64,000 bases of DNA, taken from positions 14,260,001 through 14,324,000 of the forward strand of contig OZ024747.1 of NCBI GenBank assembly GCA_964016885.1, given 5' to 3'. Origin of the DNA: Eledone cirrhosa. Lineage: Eukaryota. Within the stretch, counting starts at the first letter, position 1. Each line of letters opens with the position of its first letter. The position numbers and the translations under genes were made by a program. Below are positions 1 through 13,866 of this stretch, in pieces. The notes under the pieces are model-generated. The model ran no database searches. It had not been told where the DNA came from and worked only from the letters and a program-made list of their open reading frames with translations.

Positions 1-657
1 ACAAGGCCAGCAATTACCCAGTGCATTATGGGTACTTTATTTTATCGACCCCCGTAAGGATGAAAGGCAAAGTTAACCTCGGCGGGATTTGAACTCAGAA
101 TGGCAAGGGCCGTAACTCTATGCGTCAAAGCATGGCGTCCGACCCTCTACCGATACTACTAATCCCCCGTGGTAGTAGTAATAATTGTTTCTACTTTTGG
201 CACAAGGCCAGCAATTATCCCAGTGCATTACTGGTACTTTATTTTATCGATCCCCGTAAGGATGAAAGGCAAAGTTAACCTCGGTGAGATTTAAAATCAG
301 ATCGTAAAGGCCCGTAACTCCATGCTGCAAAGCATGGCGTCCTTCCCTCTACTGATACTGCCAATCCACCTAGTAATAATTGTTTCTTATATAGGCACAA
401 GGCCAGCAATTTTGGCGGAGGGGAAAGTCGATTAAATCGACCCCAGTGCCTGACTGGTACTTTATTTTATCGACCCCGTAAGGATGAAAGGCAAAGTTAA
501 CCTCGGCGAGATTTGAACTCAGATCGTAAAGGCCCCTAAGTCCATGCTGCAAAGCATGGTGTCCAACCCTCTACCGATACTGCCAATCCACCTAGTAATA
601 ATTGTTTCTATTTTAGGCACAAGGCCAGCAATTACCCAGTACATTACTGGTACTTTA
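1..657 (-). mobile_element. Head-to-tail array of four tRNA-derived SINE copies (approx. 1-169, 181-370, 376-592, 598-657 partial)
   Basis: The minus strand repeats an A-box-like TGGCAGTATCGGTAGAG, a B-box-like GAGTTCAAATCCC and the body GCCTTTCATCCTTACGGGGTCGATAAAATAAAGTACCAG, ending in GAAACAATT(ATT)n. The body resembles conserved central domains of metazoan SINE superfamilies (Meta/MESC-type; assignment from memory). Confidence 0.9.
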
Positions 658-679
658 TACCAAATAGTAATAATAAACA

Positions 680-1660
680 CCAAAATCTAGTTTCAGATGA
701 TATCTGTTCGAAGCCTGTTGAAGATAAGGTGATTGTAGATTCAGGCAGCCATTTGTATCAGACTTATTCCACGATAATTACCTGGTTTGGTTTCCTAAGA
801 TTGCCTTTCTTGCTATCGCGGAAATACGTCATACTTCTGGTGAGTTTCCGTTAAAGGTCTCATTACAAAAGTGCAGTAAAATGCTTTGGAGTTTTTTTAA
901 ATTTCGACAATTTTAGGGGCTGCTCATCTAAACCTGGTGCCATATTGTGTTTCAACTGATTGATGGTTCTTTTAAGTCCGTCTACGGAGCAATCTTCAAC
1001 AGAAGTATTTGTATTGACATTGTATAAACGTTCGGTCATGAATTCATCATTTATGGTACTGTTGTTATTCAGTAGTGATTGGAAATTATCCAAGCATTGA
1101 GATGTTTTTCACTCCCGATAAATTTGACTCTCCAGTTCTTTTTGCCTGATAATTTCTTTATCAATTTCCATGAATTCTTTTGGTAGTCAGTTGACTTAGA
1201 ACTGTCGAAGAAGTTGAGGAGAATATTGATTCTTTTGTCTTACTCCTTGCAATACTCCTCTTGTAGACGTTAGTTTGGTTGTATGTCCTTAATCTTAGAT
1301 TGTAAGATATTGGAGTGAGCTGCAGTTACTGAGGGTGGTTCGGAAGACAAGATGTTTGATCTTTTAGGGATGTTTTGCCTTCCTAATTCAGTGCTGATTT
1401 CAATGAAATTCTTGTATAGTTTGACAGATAAAATTGTCCATTTTTCTATTAATTTATTTTCAACTTTTGCTGCTACACTAGGGTTAGACAAATCTTTCCA
1501 CTTAAGAGTTTTTGATAGAATTTTCGCTGGTGCACGAAGGATGAGTTTGTATTTAACAACTATTCGGTGACCTGAACCAATCGGTTCTGATGAAGAATGA
1601 GTTTGGCAATCATGGATGCTGTTGCACCATTTCGTTCTGCAAAGAACATCATAAATTTTA
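680..1660 (-). pseudogene. Degenerate APE-endonuclease/RT LINE fragment (RTE/CR1-like)
   Basis: Minus-strand translation gives DVLCRTKWCNSIHDC..GSGHR (end of APE EN, normally DY..SDH), then APGLD (normally KAPGxD) and GNYRGISLIQMAA*IYNHLIFNRLR (start of RT). Multiple stops and frameshifts are present. Confidence 0.75.
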
Positions 1661-1704
1661 CAAAGACCAAGATTAAGAAATCTCTAAGTCCTTAGACAAT
1701 CTGA

Positions 1705-2136
1705 ACGTATCGGTAGAGCGCCGGACAACATGCTTTGCAGCATAGACTTTTGGCCCTTTACGTTCTGAGTTCAAATCCTGCCGAGGTTAGCCTTGCTTTT
1801 ATCCTTACGGAGTCGATAAAATAAAATAGCAGTAATGCACTGGGGTCAATTTAATCGACTTTCCCCTTCCCTTCAAATTGCTGGCCATGTGCTAAAAGTA
1901 GAAACCAATATCATTATTGTTATTATTGTTATCATTATTATTATTGTAGGGTGGTAGATTGGCAGAATCGGTAGAGCGTCAGACACCATGCTTTCTAGCA
2001 TAGTTACGTCCCTTTACAGTCTGAGTTCAAATCCCGCCGAGGTTAACTTTGCCTTTCATCCTTACGGGGTCGATAAAATAAAGTACCAGTAATGTACTGG
2101 GTAATTGCTGGCCTTGTGACTAAAGTAGAAACAATT
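1705..2136 (+). mobile_element. Two tandem SINE copies (long variant 1705-1909, short variant 1950-2136)
   Basis: Same family as 1-657; the copies are separated by an (ATT)n spacer. Confidence 0.9.
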
Positions 2137-2617
2137 ATTATTATTGTCATCACCGTCGTCGTCACCAACATCGTCTTATATTAGCGAAATTCTAAAGAAA
2201 TTTTGAATCTAGCTGGAGAAATAACTTCTGCGGCTTGCAGTATGAAAGATATGAAAAGATTCATGTAAAATGTATTTATTAATAAAGAAAGTTTGCTGAC
2301 ACAATGCTGGTTTTTCTCATAAAAGCCACAAACATGACTGCGAGGCATTCTTTGAAAGTATATAAATTCTCTATCCAAAAGAAACGTATTCGAACCGAAT
2401 GCTGTTCCGTTCATAAAAATGACCAACAAAGAATGCCACTCAGTATTAACACGGAAAGAGTTAACCGTCATTGCGTAAAGCAATAAAACTTGTTAGATAA
2501 ATGGCGTAGCTATTAGCAATAACACCAAACTATACCAACAACATAAACACACACACACATATATATATATGTGTCTGTTTGTGTGTTTGTGTGTGTATAT
2601 ATGTATATATATATTTA

Positions 2618-2653
<36 letters not shown>

Positions 2654-2660
2654 CATACAC

Positions 2661-2693
<33 letters not shown>

Positions 2694-3589
2694 GAGAGAG
2701 CACACGTATACATACGTGCACATCTGTATGACTGTACGAACCCCCGCATACACACCCGTACACTTACCTACACACCCGTACACTTACATATACGCTCGTA
2801 CACATACATGTACGCTCAGACACAACGGGGTTGACGCTGGAAAGTACTGAAGCAACAACAACAGCAACAACAACAACACACAACACTAGCAATGTGGAAG
2901 ACAAAGATGACGACGGCGACAATGATGATGATAATAACAATGACAATAATAATAACAACCATAATAATAATAATAATAATAATAATGACATCAACGGTGA
3001 TGAAGACGATGGTGACAATTGTAATAAAGGCCCCCGTCGATAATGTATAGATTTTAAAATGAGAATCTAAAAATACTACAGGCCAAATCCTTATTTTGCT
3101 TATAAGCTACAAGAATAAGATCACTGGCAAGCATATCTGATATACGCTTAATAGAACTAGCTCTACCTGCAAGCAATACAAACCAATCAGTAACTCTTTT
3201 GGCATAATGCGGACATTTAAAGAGGAATCCTCAGTAGTAAGAGATAAAAGTATTTTTCTCATTTTGCTATACAACACAAGCGGAACAATGGATCAACGAA
3301 AATATTGAAGAGTCGTAACTTACGTTTCAACCTCTTTTAGTTTATGAATGTATAAGGAAAAACGGATGAACTCGTGAATATATGTATGTATGTATATATG
3401 TTCTTCTGGTTTTATAATTTCCCAAATTTTTGCCAATAGAGGGAGACGGTTTCTAACATAGTTGGAAGACTCTCTCATTGGAATTTACACAACATGTATG
3501 TATGTATGTATCTATGTACAGGCATTGCTTTATATCTAGAGATATCTCTGCACTTGTCATCACATGGTACCATGGGCCCAGCACTATGT

Positions 3590-3745
3590 GTCAATAATTG
3601 TCACAAGTGTAGTGTTTGTACCAGAGTTTTCAAGTTGCTGTCTAGACTAAAAAATCACACTCGTTCAGCGCATCGGTAGGGGTTCTCCTACATGGATATA
3701 AAGTAGTGGCCGTACTCGAAAACGAGTTGGCAGCCACCATCTATG
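3590..3745 (+). pseudogene. Probable 3' end of an RTE-like LINE (C2H2 zinc-finger C-terminus plus short 3' UTR)
   Basis: CSVCTRVFKLLSRLKNHTRSAHR* fits CxxC..H...H, a typical terminus of RTE ORFs. A short UTR and a TATG tail follow. Confidence 0.5.
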
Positions 3746-3759
3746 TATGCATGTATGTG

Positions 3760-3900
3760 AAGGCGCATGGCTGAGTGGTTAGAGCATTGGGCTTGTAATC
3801 GAAAGGTTGTGAGTTCAATTCTCGGACCGGGGGATGTGTTGTTTCCTTGAGCAAGACACTTTATTTCACGTTGCTCCATTTTACTTAGCTGTAGAAATGA
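3760..3900 (+). mobile_element. tRNA-derived CORE-type SINE (second family)
   Basis: A box TGGCTGAGTGG, B box GAGTTCAATTC, then CORE-like TGTTTCCTTGAGCAAGACACTT. Related copies lie at 34368-34440 (-) and ~51230-51370 (-). Confidence 0.75.
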
Positions 3901-3907
3901 GATGATA

Positions 3908-3973
3908 GGCGCGGAGTTTATATATATATATAATATATGAAGTCGAACTTCCGGCTTTTAAGCGCTGAGAATA

Positions 3974-4027
<54 letters not shown>

Positions 4028-4183
4028 AAGTACTCTGAAATAGCGATGTATGTATGAATGTATGTATAGCATATTTGATAATATACTGTATGTTTATTTA
4101 AAAATATTTTAAAGACCATTCGCTATGAGTTTTAAAGTAGTGACTATGTCACTTATTTAGTCTCGGCAAATATATATATATAC

Positions 4184-4277
<94 letters not shown>

Positions 4278-4338
4278 TCAGCGCTTAAAAGCCGGAAATT
4301 CGACTTCATACATTATATATATATATAATCTCTGCGCC
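3908..4338. mobile_element. Foldback/MITE-like element with ~68-bp inverted arms and internal (TA)n
   Basis: GGCGC..TGAAGTCGAACTTCCGGCTTTTAAGCGCTGAGAATA at 3908-3975 is the reverse complement of 4271-4338. Confidence 0.75.
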
Positions 4339-5719
4339 AAGTAATTGAGTTTGACAGTTGTATATACCTTGTTTTCGCTAAGATATATTGGTATCAAGCG
4401 CAAAATCGAGCATTCAAATACACCCACACAACCCTCACTCATGTGACCCACCGCCGGTGCATACCGAACATATGACAGCTGGAAGAATAAAGGCCTGGGC
4501 CGGTACTTTCTTTACTGACTCAGAAAGGATGAAAGAATCCTCGGTAGGATTTGAACTATTAGAGAGTCGAAACACTGCCAAATATTTGTATGTATATATC
4601 TCCTCTACACAACATCTTTAACTTTGTCGAATAGAGGAAATGTTAGACCCCAATGTCTAAAAGAAAATACTAGATAGAGATTAAATAGCAGCAACTAAAC
4701 AGTCATGTATCGACATGTGTAAATTCTGGATATTCGAAAACACATATGTAAGTATGGACATTTATATGAAAAAATGCGAGGATGCATGTCCTTATGTTTG
4801 CATCTATATATGACCTTACTTGTAGATAAATGTTTGAACATATGCTGTATTAATGTAATTTTATAAGCTAAATTTATGCATGTCCTTACCTGTTAACGTA
4901 TAAGCTGTATATGCTTACGTGTTAACGTATATGCTGTATATAGTTATACATGCTAAATTATTGAAAGATGGTGACATCATTTACATCTTCGAAAAAAATA
5001 ATAACTTGCAACGTAGGTATATGATAATCAATCAAAGTCCCCAAACAAGAAGAACCTTAGGTTCACAAAAAAGAAACAAGCTATATTTACCGCTTATAAC
5101 CGACCTTATGTTTTCCACGATACACCTCCCTCAACAAGCCTTGATGTTACTCAAACACGCCAGTTTATTAACATAGTTTGTCAATACATGATTATATTCG
5201 CTAGAAATATCGTATCATGATGTCCCCTTACATTACGAAACCAGTTTCTTTTCTAATTTTTCATATATAGCAAGGGCCTTCCATAGATAGTAGTCTTTTC
5301 AACAACTTAAACGCACAACGGAAAAGACCATATATTTATTTCTTTGTTCAAATATACAAAGAAAAAACAATTGATTGCAAAGATTTCCAAATAAATATGC
5401 ATGCACGCACGCACACAAACACACACATACTTTTATGAGTATGCACGCATATGTAAATGTGTATGTGTGTTCATGTGAATACTCATAGACGGACGTACAC
5501 CAACACACGTGCACACACAGATATACATACATTGCTATTGATATTGTGTTGTAGATATATCGTTATATAAAATACAATAAACATGTCTGAAGTTGGATAC
5601 CTCATTTGTGGTAAAGTATTTATGACATATCCCAGTTAACTTGCACTGTAACTTCATGAATGCTGACTTGCTAGCCACACACATACATATATACGTGAGT
5701 GTATATATATATATACGCA

Positions 5720-5828
<109 letters not shown>

Positions 5829-5832
5829 TCAC

Positions 5833-5865
<33 letters not shown>

Positions 5866-5911
5866 TGTGAGTATATATATATGCATATAGATAGATATAG
5901 CTATATGGACA

Positions 5912-5948
<37 letters not shown>

Positions 5949-5996
5949 CCATATCTATATATGTAACTATAAATGCATATGAACACACACACACAC

Positions 5997-6139
<143 letters not shown>

Positions 6140-7856
6140 TATACTTACATACCTGTATATACATGCAAGTATATATATATATATATATTTATATAATACA
6201 CATTTGGAAGTGTGTAGAGTGGGAAGTGTCTATCTGTACGTTTGCGTATATACCTATATAGATTGGATAGTTGTTAAAACGTAGAATATTTCTTTTATAT
6301 AGAATATCTATAACTAGTGTTACGGAAAATTAGAACGCATAAAACAAATTTGAACTCATGACAGGTCTGCTGGTAGTGCAATGCATGAAACTATTCAATT
6401 ATTGAGTCTCTTCTTAATACGAATAAAGTAGTACAAATGCCGTTAGGATTTATATCAAATACAAATTCTCAGTTTTGTACAGTTGTGTACAATAGTAATT
6501 TCAGTTAGCGATTTAAAAAATAATAATACTTTTTTTCTATACAGAATTCTGCCAAGGGAGGTATGTTTTCAGTAAAATAGCATTTACAATACTCCTGCAT
6601 TGAAAACCCATTTACTATACGAGAAAATTTGTTTGATTTTTCACTTGCCAAATATACAGAACAATGCTTTATAATTTGTAGGGTTACTCCGAGAACAGTT
6701 GACAATGATTTGAATAGGAAATGCGTTTTCTGAAACGCTTATTTCAAATCTTTTCTTACCCTAGATGAAATCACAGCATATATATATTTTTTTGGTGATA
6801 AAAGAAATACCTCATTTATATTTCCTTCTATTCAGTTTATTTTACTGGGAAAGATTGTAAAGATGCAGTTCTTAAATACAACTTGCTCGGATTTTTTTCT
6901 CTTTGTCACTCATTGCATCTAAACTAACCATTACCCTGATGGGATCGTTTTTCGTTTCAAATTTTCGTTTTCTTTTTTAGAAACACCGTCTTAAGAAACA
7001 AATAGAATTTTTTGTGTATGTCTGTGTGGGATGTGGAGACTCTAATATGAATGAAGTAAACACATTCAGCTAATACACAGTAATAATTCTATTATGCTTC
7101 TGCCTGTTATTACAGATTTAGAATTGGTATTGAAGTAATGTCTTATTTTTTGTTTGTTTATATATTTATTTTTTTGCCAGTGGTGATTTCAATTATAGTC
7201 TTACTGATTGATACTATGTTATATTTTAAAACTCTAAATAATGGGTTTTATTTATTTCACCATATTTAACCTAATCTAAATTTGTTGGCAACAAGACTCG
7301 GTGTGATACTTTTTTCACTTCCTTCTTCTAGCTGCGTGATGGAGTTTCTTGCTATCTTTCATAGTTTTGATCGTCAAGATAAAACGGGAGAAAAAATGTA
7401 GAAAAAGTGCAGAAAATTAAAGAAAAAATTAATAGCTTCCCCTTAAAAAGTTATAGCAGCTAAATAGTACACAGATTTATTGAATATTGATGCTACACAA
7501 ACGAAACAAAAATATTATTACGAATAATCATCCGAATATCATAATTTTGAATATCTTTTATGCATGGTATGAATAGAACAGATATAGGCTAAAAAGTTCT
7601 GGCAAAGTTAACAGTTCATTCTGTGCCTGCCAGTCAGCCAAGAAGAAGAAGAAACTGTTTTATCAAGAATTCTTTTATTGTGCATACGAATTTATTCTAT
7701 TACTGAAAATATCTAAAAGCAGAACCCTAGCAGAAATATGTTTGCATTTATAAGAAATACTGAAAAAAGAAAGCTTCAAATATTCAAACATTCAGATAGG
7801 AAAAAAAAAACGTTTGTGAGTAACCGAAAAAGCCAAATTCAAAGATACATGAAAAT

Positions 7857-7956
<100 letters not shown>

Positions 7957-8919
7957 ATCTGTCGGTCTGTCTATCTGTCTATCTGTCTGTCTGTCTGTCT
8001 GTCTGTCTATATATCTGCTTATCTATCTACCTACCTACTATCTATCCCTCTATCTGTTTGCTTGTTTGTCTGTCTATCTCTCTATCTATCCATGCATCTA
8101 TGTGTCTGTATATCTGTCGGTGTGTCTGTCTGTATGTCTGTATGTCTGTTTGTATGTATGTCTCTATCTATCTGTCTATCTACATATTTATCTAGCTATC
8201 TATTATTTTATATATTTTTGTCTGTTTATCTGTCTCTGGAAGAAATCTGTGTTCAGATCTTGCGAGTGATAAGCTGCGCCAGGCTGTAAATGTCCAATGC
8301 ACTTCGTATTTCACTACGGCGCCCCTACAAACAAAAGAGTTACCGGTCCTTACATATATAAGCAACATAATCAACATATATTTTATCAAAGGAGCCGAAA
8401 GAATAGGGACAGGCGGGTTTCTTTGGATTTGCTATACAGAAACGGAACAAAAAAATCAAAAAGAAATATATGTTGTTATACTTCGTGTCATTAAATGGTA
8501 ACTAAAAGTATATAAATATTTTAATAGCATGAGGGAGAGAATATAAAATATATTAAGTATAATTTTTCTACTTAAATAGAACATATTATATATATATATA
8601 TATATAAAATTATTGTTGAGCTTCCAAAACGACCATTTTTCATATTCCACAATGCTTCAAGCAAACTTAAATACTCTCATATGAATCTGCTTCCAAACAA
8701 ACAAGTCTATCCGATCAATCTTTAAGTCTCTCAGGATTACTCCCTTGATAATGGGTTTTTAAACCTGTTAAACCCGTTAAATTTGCTAAGGTAAGATTCT
8801 GTTGTTATCTTGCCAATTTAACATTCTTCATACGCATTGTTATGGTTTTCAAAATTTAAATTTGTATTTTCTATTCATCAATGCTCCAAGCAAGCTACAA
8901 AACTCTGATATATATATAT

Positions 8920-9175
8920 ATATACAATTAATATGGTCTTTGAAGGACAAGAATATTAAATACCCCATCTCTTGGACACGGCTAAAGAATGCCAATTCCT
9001 ATCGGAACGCTGCCATTAAGCCAAATTGCAATCTTTGCAATCTCGAGACTCTATTGATTACAAATTATGACAATTTAATTAACAAGAAGAAGGAATTATT
9101 TAGCAGCTGCCAACATAGAACCGGTAAAACATTCCAAGCATTGTACAAGTTTCGAAAGAATATGGACAATTAATA
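8920..9175 (+). pseudogene. Penelope-like element fragment: C-terminus of GIY-YIG endonuclease
   Basis: LIWSLKDKNIKYPISW..CNLCNLETLLI..LINKKKELFSSCQHR matches the IWxLK..IxW..CxLC.EK..LNxxxE..CxH pattern at the end of PLE ORFs. It begins at a (TA)n run. Confidence 0.7.
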
Positions 9176-10438
9176 ATTTTATAAATATATTTATATTTAT
9201 AATTTTTGCTTTACTGGAGTATTGATGTTTTATCTATTATAATAATTTCATTATGAGTCTCTGTATTCTACGTTTTGATCAGGAAAGTTCAATATTTAAC
9301 TTGACAATTGTTGATTTAGGATTTAGAAATATGACTAGATTTCAGAGTAGATATATTGTTTAATGCTCACATATGGTGAATGAGTAACTTCCTTTTGTTT
9401 ACATTCTTCGTAAATATATTTATTCTGTTTGAATAGCTTGCTATTTTAATTTTTGACATAAATTATATAGTTGAATAATATAAGAATTCCTTTAAAAGGA
9501 AACTGTAATAATTTGTAATCACTGAAGTAAATATAAATTAACGAAATAAAACTTTTGAGAGTAAATATAACTAAAATTTAATGCTGTAATTATATGATTT
9601 TATAAAGGTGATATATGCATGTATTTTGATATATATTTTAATACAGGTTTAATAATTATTTAAATATGCTTTAAAGATAATTATTTTAAAAGTTGTAACA
9701 AAATACTTATGGAATATATTACCAAAACCAGAAATTAAAATCTATAATGAGTTAAATTAAATTATATAAATTTTTAATTAAATAAATATGTGACGGCTAT
9801 GAAAAGTAATGTATATTGATTAATTTTGATATATTATAAGTATAATTAGCTTAACCATAACCAAATACTAGAGATATTCAATTGTTTATGGTAATTGATT
9901 GTTGCCTCAATTGACCTAATATTTGAAAACAACGGTTTTTTCTACTTATCCCCCCCATAATTTCTTTTGTCGTTATTTCTTCTTTCTTCTTTTTCTTCTT
10001 TTTTATATATATTTCTTCCTCTATTCACCCATCTATTTATTCAAATATTTATATAAATATTTAAATATTTATATATGTATTTTTTTCTTATTTTCTTTTT
10101 CTTATTTTTTTCTTATTTTTTTCTTAATTTTGTTTCTTATGTTTTTCTTATTTTTTTTCTTGCATCTCCTCTCTTATATCTCTAATTCGCTCCACGTCCT
10201 TTTCTTCTTTAAGTTTATCATATTGTTATTTGTGGCATATAAATGTTGAAATTTGATGAAATAAATCACTGCCAATACTGGAATTGAAATAGCAAGACCG
10301 TAAAGGTATGTCATATATCAAATCATATATTTTATCTGACGAGGACGTACTGAAAAAAAAACATAGTACCTTCCATATATATATAATAAAGCATATATTT
10401 TGATTATATTTGTTAATATTTTGAATAATATATATATA

Positions 10439-10584
10439 TAGAAGTGGTTCACAACAGTTAGTTCACCATACCGAGAACAATTGTTCTCGGTATGATGAAC
10501 TAACTGTTGTGTAACCACTTCTACCTAACTTGTCCCATGGACTGAGTGCTCTACCACTACGGATATTACCTTCCAGTGTTCTAC

Positions 10585-10588
<4 letters not shown>
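10439..10588. mobile_element. Palindromic element (short copy of the 40057-40317 family) in (TA)n
   Basis: Near-perfect palindrome at 10439-10523 centred on AACAATTGTT, followed by the same ~65-bp tail as the 40057 copy. Confidence 0.9.
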
Positions 10589-10638
<50 letters not shown>

Positions 10639-10748
10639 TCACACACACATATATATTAACAAATAATCCTCAAAACCTAACGGTAATCTATTATCTCCTG
10701 TTTTTATCAAATACTGGGGAATTGTTTTGATTAATTCGGTTCCCCCAG

Positions 10749-10896
10749 CAGACTCTGGTTTGGCAAGGAATGTGAGACACCAGCAGCACAAAAATCACGA
10801 GCTGTTAAAAGGGCGGACGAACTCTTCACAGTCAACGGTCACCCACCACAAACATGGATTAAATACCCTTACCTAACATACAGCTGGCAAAGTGTG
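10749..10896 (+). CDS. Candidate isolated host-gene exon (unknown protein)
   Basis: Non-repetitive, GC-richer island with acceptor TTCCCCCAG|, donor GTG|GTGAGT and one open frame: RLWFGKECETPAAQKSRAVKRADELFTVNGHPPQTWIKYPYLTYSWQSV. No homology recognised. Confidence 0.3.
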
Positions 10897-11730
10897 GTGA
10901 GTACGGCTATACCTTTGATATGAACAACACAAAACAGGAAATGGTGGATGTCAACGAAGACAACGACGACGATGATATTGACGATGACGATGATGCTGAT
11001 GTTGATGACAACGATGACAACGATGATGATGATGATGTTGATGATGATGATGACAATGAGGGCAACGAAAAACAACGACGACGATGAGTAGAAGGTCTTG
11101 GACTGGGCTGACCCTTATCCTACCTTATAGGTGTAAATATGTTTGTTAAAATAAGATTAATTTAAATTTTTTTTTTTTTTCATTTAAATCAGCTTCAACG
11201 ATATTAATATCTTTAACAACTTGAAATACAGAAATATATATTTACTATTGCATTTGTATCTCTATTTCCGTTGTCAGTACATTGCCTCTTCCTCACTCAT
11301 TAGCCATTTTTTCAATATATATATATATATTTATATGGTATATTTCCTTTACTTAATTTTGAAATAAGCCGACATTTATTTGGAGTTCTATCCACCATTC
11401 ATAGCTTAGTGTTTAAAATACACTATAAAACTAAAAGCAAAGACTAAAAAAAATTTCAATACCATCATCATCATCATCATCACCATCATCATCGTCATTA
11501 TTATTATTATTATTGAATGCTATGGTTGACGGAGGCTCGGCTCTGTAAGGTACTGTAAATTTTGAACGCTTTAACAATTGTAAATTGTTTAAAACTTAGA
11601 CCAACTTGTAGACAAAAACACCCTCCTCCTCGTGAGAGGAGTCTTTCTGCCCGTTATTTGGCCCTTCGGGGTTAAATAACTGCTTATTGGGGGTTTGTAC
11701 CCAATATTTATTTTAAACAAAAAAAACAAC

Positions 11731-13831
11731 ATGGCTACGAAAAAGAATTTGCACAGGTCACTCCCACTCATTCCGTCTTCTTCTTCCTCAATCGTCACTA
11801 CAGCAGAGAGAAGATTGTCTCTCTCCCTCCCTTCTTTAAATGTGTCTCTCTCCCTCCATTCTCTTTCGCAAGTGACGAAAGAAAAGAAAAGTCTCGTGCA
11901 AAGCATGCAAGGTTTCTCCACGACGACGACGACAGCGACGAAACAGGCGTGCGGGAAATACGAAAACCCAGTTCATTCGTCTGACGTCAGGAATAATAGC
12001 AATAGCAGCCGTAATAACAACAGCAACAGTGACAATGAAAACAACAGTAGCAGCCGCAACAGCATCACCAGCAGCATAAACAACAACAGCATTAGCAGCA
12101 GCAACACCAACCACAGCAACAGCGGCGAAGGCAGTAGTCGTAGTACCTGCAGCAACAACAAAAGTAACAGCAGCTCTGACGACAACAACAACAACAGCAG
12201 CATAGAAAAACCAATCTCATTTGCAGGTATTGCGAAAAACTTGGAAACAATCCTCATAACAAATGAGGAATTAGAGGAAGCGAAGAAGATGGTGACAAAG
12301 AACGGACACCGAGCAATCTGCAAGGCAGCGGAAACATTTTTCGAAACCCAACAGCACTGTACGGTCACGTACCGTACAGTAAGTACAAAATCCCGTAGGG
12401 TGGAAAGAGCCACAGAGGCCCAAATACAAAAAGCCTTGGGGTCTGTGTGGCAGCGGAAAACGCACATCACCCGAGGCAAAAAATATGCCACCGTAGACGT
12501 ACTTTTTGCCACACCCCAGGAGGCAAAGGCCCAATCCGTAGTGACCCTAAGGAGCGAGGAAATGGTGTTGGTGCCCTCCTACTGCGGGCAAAAAATTGTG
12601 AGGGTCAAACTGACCCACGTCCCCCCCCCCCCCGGAATGGCCCCTTCTTGGCTGGCCGCGTCTGTCCTCGTCGGAATCGAGGACAAAACAACTGTACTGC
12701 AAGTACAGAAAAAAAGTAAGAGAAGATTGGGTCGGCACCTCCATTGAGATGCTAATCCAAACCAACCAGGAGTGCATCGAAGCTATCCCGGATGTGATAG
12801 ACTTCGATAACGGCACTCAACTGCCCATAAGTGTTGAGGGCAAACGCCCGAAATGCTTTCGCTGTGGATCGAAGACTCACCTCAGGGCCTTCTGCAACGA
12901 GAAGACCCTGAGAAAGGAGAAAACCCCCCTCCTTCCGAATCCGGCTCCACGGCTACCAGCAACAGGACAAGCGGCAACCAGGAACGATAGGTCCGTGGCA
13001 CCCATACCCACGCCACGGAAATCAAAAACAGCAGCAGCAGTGGAAATATTAACAACAACAGCAATACCAAATGCAGCTGCAACAGAGACTCCAGTGCAAA
13101 CATCACCAACAACAACAAGTGAAAGAGTGGAGCTGGTACCCCTGCCCGACCTCACAGAATCAGACATGGAGTGTGAGGTGGGAGAGGGATGGCAAAAGGT
13201 CGTAAGAAGGCACAAACGCAGAAGCAGCGCATCGTCGCCTTTGAAAAGGGAGGAAAGAAATGAGAAAAGGGTAAAGTCTACTGCAAAGAAACCCACAGCA
13301 GCAACACCACCAACACCATCACCACCCACACTAGCACCACCATCACCACCGGCGACAACCCCACCGCCAACAACACCTTCAACACCACCACCACAAGCAC
13401 CAACATCGCAAACACAACAACAAAACACACACACCCAGCAACAACGACAAGAAAATAGCAGAACCACACCCCACCCCCAGAAAAACAAATGCACGGCAAT
13501 AAATACACACAACAAGAAACTAATGACTTACATAATTGAACACACAGACATTTCACAACAGGACTACATAATACCAGCACCAATCAAAACGCCAACTAAC
13601 ATAAGACTGCTAAAAATAGCACAGGAACAATACACAAACATTAAAACGAAATTCCCCAACGCAGTTGGTGATTTCAGGGACCTAGGAGGAACCATCAATC
13701 GAAGAGTATATTCAGACATTCTCTTAGAAGAGCCGACGACCAGCCGAAGGGACGATTCAACGGTCCCTTCACCAGACGATCAAGTGAAAAGGGATGTAAA
13801 AACCATCCCTCCTCTACGAAAAGTACGGTAA
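11731..13831 (+). pseudogene. Tx1 LINE ORF1 (gag-like zinc-knuckle protein), frameshifted
   Basis: Contains the CCHC knuckle CFRCGSKTHLRAFC. A +1 frameshift in the A7 run at 12709-12715 splits the ORF; removing one A gives KVREDWVGTSIEM, which aligns with KASGDAFSGTSLEL in the second element. Confidence 0.85.
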
Positions 13832-13866
13832 GTGGTCTTTCCCATCTTTTCCACTCTATTTTAAAC

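Noticed and set aside
1705-1790. tRNA genes at SINE heads
   Set aside because: A and B boxes are present, but there is no full cloverleaf and each continues into a SINE body.
8740-8795. Degenerate hammerhead-like TTGATAA-tgggttt..aaaccc-TAAA; a similar motif at ~47050-47092
   Set aside because: Too many core substitutions to distinguish from chance.
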